Below, in pieces: positions 62,383-64,000 of a DNA stretch of 64,000 nucleotides. Location of the stretch: the NCBI RefSeq assembly GCF_041956535.1, contig NW_027192205.1, positions 1-64,000 on the forward strand, in the 5' to 3' direction. Every line of letters begins with the position of its first letter. Position 1 is the first letter of the stretch. This DNA is from Calcarisporiella thermophila CBS 279.70 (Eukaryota > Fungi > Calcarisporiellomycota). A program made the position numbers and the translations under genes. The notes beneath the pieces are model-generated. The model was not told the DNA's origin, did not search any database, and saw nothing but the letters and a program-made list of their open reading frames with translations.

Positions 62383-64000
62383 TTAAAATTCCTTTCGAAT
62401 CCGCTCCTGTAGTATCTGCAGTCGGTTTTTGAGTCCTGCCCCATCCATGGTGATGGTGAGTAGATATTTTGTGATACATTCGTCCACCAATTTGGCGGGG
62501 AAGCTCTCCCTAGGGTACAATAGAATGTTAGGAAGGCATTAAAAAAAATAATAAAGTCTAAATAGTTACTTGTCGGCAATCGTGGCATTGGGTCCGCCCA
62601 AATACTCGAACCATTCGCAAAGCAGCCGCTGGATCCCTTCCACCAAGAAGAGCAACGCATTCGTCCCTTGCCACGGGGGAACCTTCCCTTCAAACAGTCT
62701 GTTATATTCATCGAACAGTTCCTCATAGGACGCCCCAACGCTCCGGAGCGCGCGCACGACCCAAGCACGGTCAATGTCGGCACGCTTGTGCTGATAACTG
62801 TATTGCTCCAGCAGGTTGCAGAGCAAGCCCAGCGGGAATGCGGCCTGGGAAGGGTAGAACCGCTTGCCGAGCAGCTGGACTTTGAGGGTGAGCGCCTCAA
62901 ACGCAGTGCGATTCCCCTTCGTTTCCGAGGTGGAGGCACCATCGTTGGGCTGAGCCTGGGCAGTGGCCTGCTCATGCGTTTTGCGGATGATTTCCTGCCA
63001 TGTTTGGCGCAGAAGATACTCGTCATTATAGTCGGCAGTGTACATGATCAGCAGGATAGTCTCGTGGAGCTTCAGTGGGGCAGCATATTGATTGTAGAGC
63101 TATAGTTTCAAGCATGAAAGCAAAACAAACCATTAGTGAGCGACATCAACTGAGGCTGAACTAGAGGCTGCCCTTTTACCGTTGAGATGTCAAGAAGTTC
63201 GCTCTCCAGCTGCCGCATGTATTTCTCGCCCTCCGGCAGGTCTCGCACCTGCTGATAGATCTCGAGTTGCACCTGTGCTACCTCCAGCCTCTCTTCCAAA
63301 TTGTGCAAGAACTCGGCCATCTTAGCGCCGCCGGTCTGGGCGAGACTCCGAGCATTGCCCACCGCAAGCGAAAGGTATTCGACCCGCTGGTCGAGGGAAA
63401 TGGGGAGGTCCGAGGATTCTGCGAGTCGGAGTTGCACGTTGGCGGCTTTGGCAAAGTCACCTGTCCGCACGTAGTACTGCCAGAGCAGATCGAGCTTTTC
63501 TTTGGTGAGCGGGTCCCGGGAGAGGAAGCCCTCCAGGAATGGCGTTCGCAGCTCAAGCAGCTCATAAGTTAAATTTTCGGCGATAAACCAGTCGTAGAGA
63601 CAGAGGTGGAACAGAGCATCTTCGGAGGCCAGTGCCTTGGGCAGAACTTGGTTTAGATACGCCTCTTTTTCGGGGTCGCTTCGTGACGCGGATATTGGCC
63701 CCACCCCGTGCAGCTTGCTCAGTAGTGAGATGACACACTCATAGCACTGCTTCCGCTTCTCAAACATTTCCGCCCGGGGGTCCATGGGACGCGAGCCCTC
63801 CTCCAGCCATGCGACTGCAACCCCCGCAGGATCCATGTCGTGTGCACAAGCCAATGCTAGCTCCACCGCGCCAGTAAGGAACCCTAGTTCCGTGTACTCG
63901 TTGCAGATTTCTTGTAGCTTCAGCGGTTGCAGGAATCGAGCGACCCTGCAGAAAAGGTTGAGGGATTCGGTAAGGAGCTGCTGTCGCTCATGGTAGTCGG
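62383..64000 (-). CDS. NUP170: Nucleoporin Nup157/170 (Nup155 family), 3' part
   Basis: GAVELALACA..DP, ALASEDALFHLCLYDW, LLWQYY, SLDQRVEYLSLA, EERLEVAQVQ and LGKRFYPS..AFP. Runs off the window end. Confidence 0.9.

Noticed and set aside
1-64000. tRNA/rRNA genes, CRISPR arrays, telomeric repeat arrays and U12-type introns
   Set aside because: None seen by eye. RTATCCT matches fell inside exons, inside introns or on the antisense strand rather than at donors. tRNAscan-SE and Infernal would be needed to exclude RNA genes properly.

Overview
Intron-rich eukaryotic (fungal) chromosomal DNA. The gene content (INTS3, PLB1-like lipase, stanniocalcin-like protein, DM15-type LARP1, Abp2) points to an early-diverging, non-Dikarya fungus (inference). 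The window has two compartments. An AT-rich accessory-looking block (about 1-24 kb) holds an intronless divergent pair (UDP-glucose 4-epimerase plus membrane GT2 glycosyltransferase), a full-size ABCG/PDR exporter, a cytochrome P450, a secreted GDSL/phospholipase B-like enzyme, a stanniocalcin-like gene, a decayed Tc1/mariner element, a CoA-transferase and an orphan secreted protein. A GC-richer housekeeping block (about 25-64 kb) holds citrate synthase, ARPC2, LARP1, HSP20, a 2.5 kb tandem duplication (FAD oxidoreductase plus the RPF1 3' exon), RPF1, a Pro-rich gene split at a homopolymer, Abp2, a LINE remnant, a DHHC palmitoyltransferase, an MFS permease, INTS3, UMP1, PIG-S and the 3' part of Nup157/170. 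The best candidate for a new system is the epimerase-GT2-ABCG-P450(-lipase) block, a possible galactose-containing glycolipid or polysaccharide synthesis/export cluster. Second is the duplicated oxidoreductase pair in which one copy ends in a CaaX box and the other lost it through a single nonsense change. Gene models were spliced by eye; no database searches were run.
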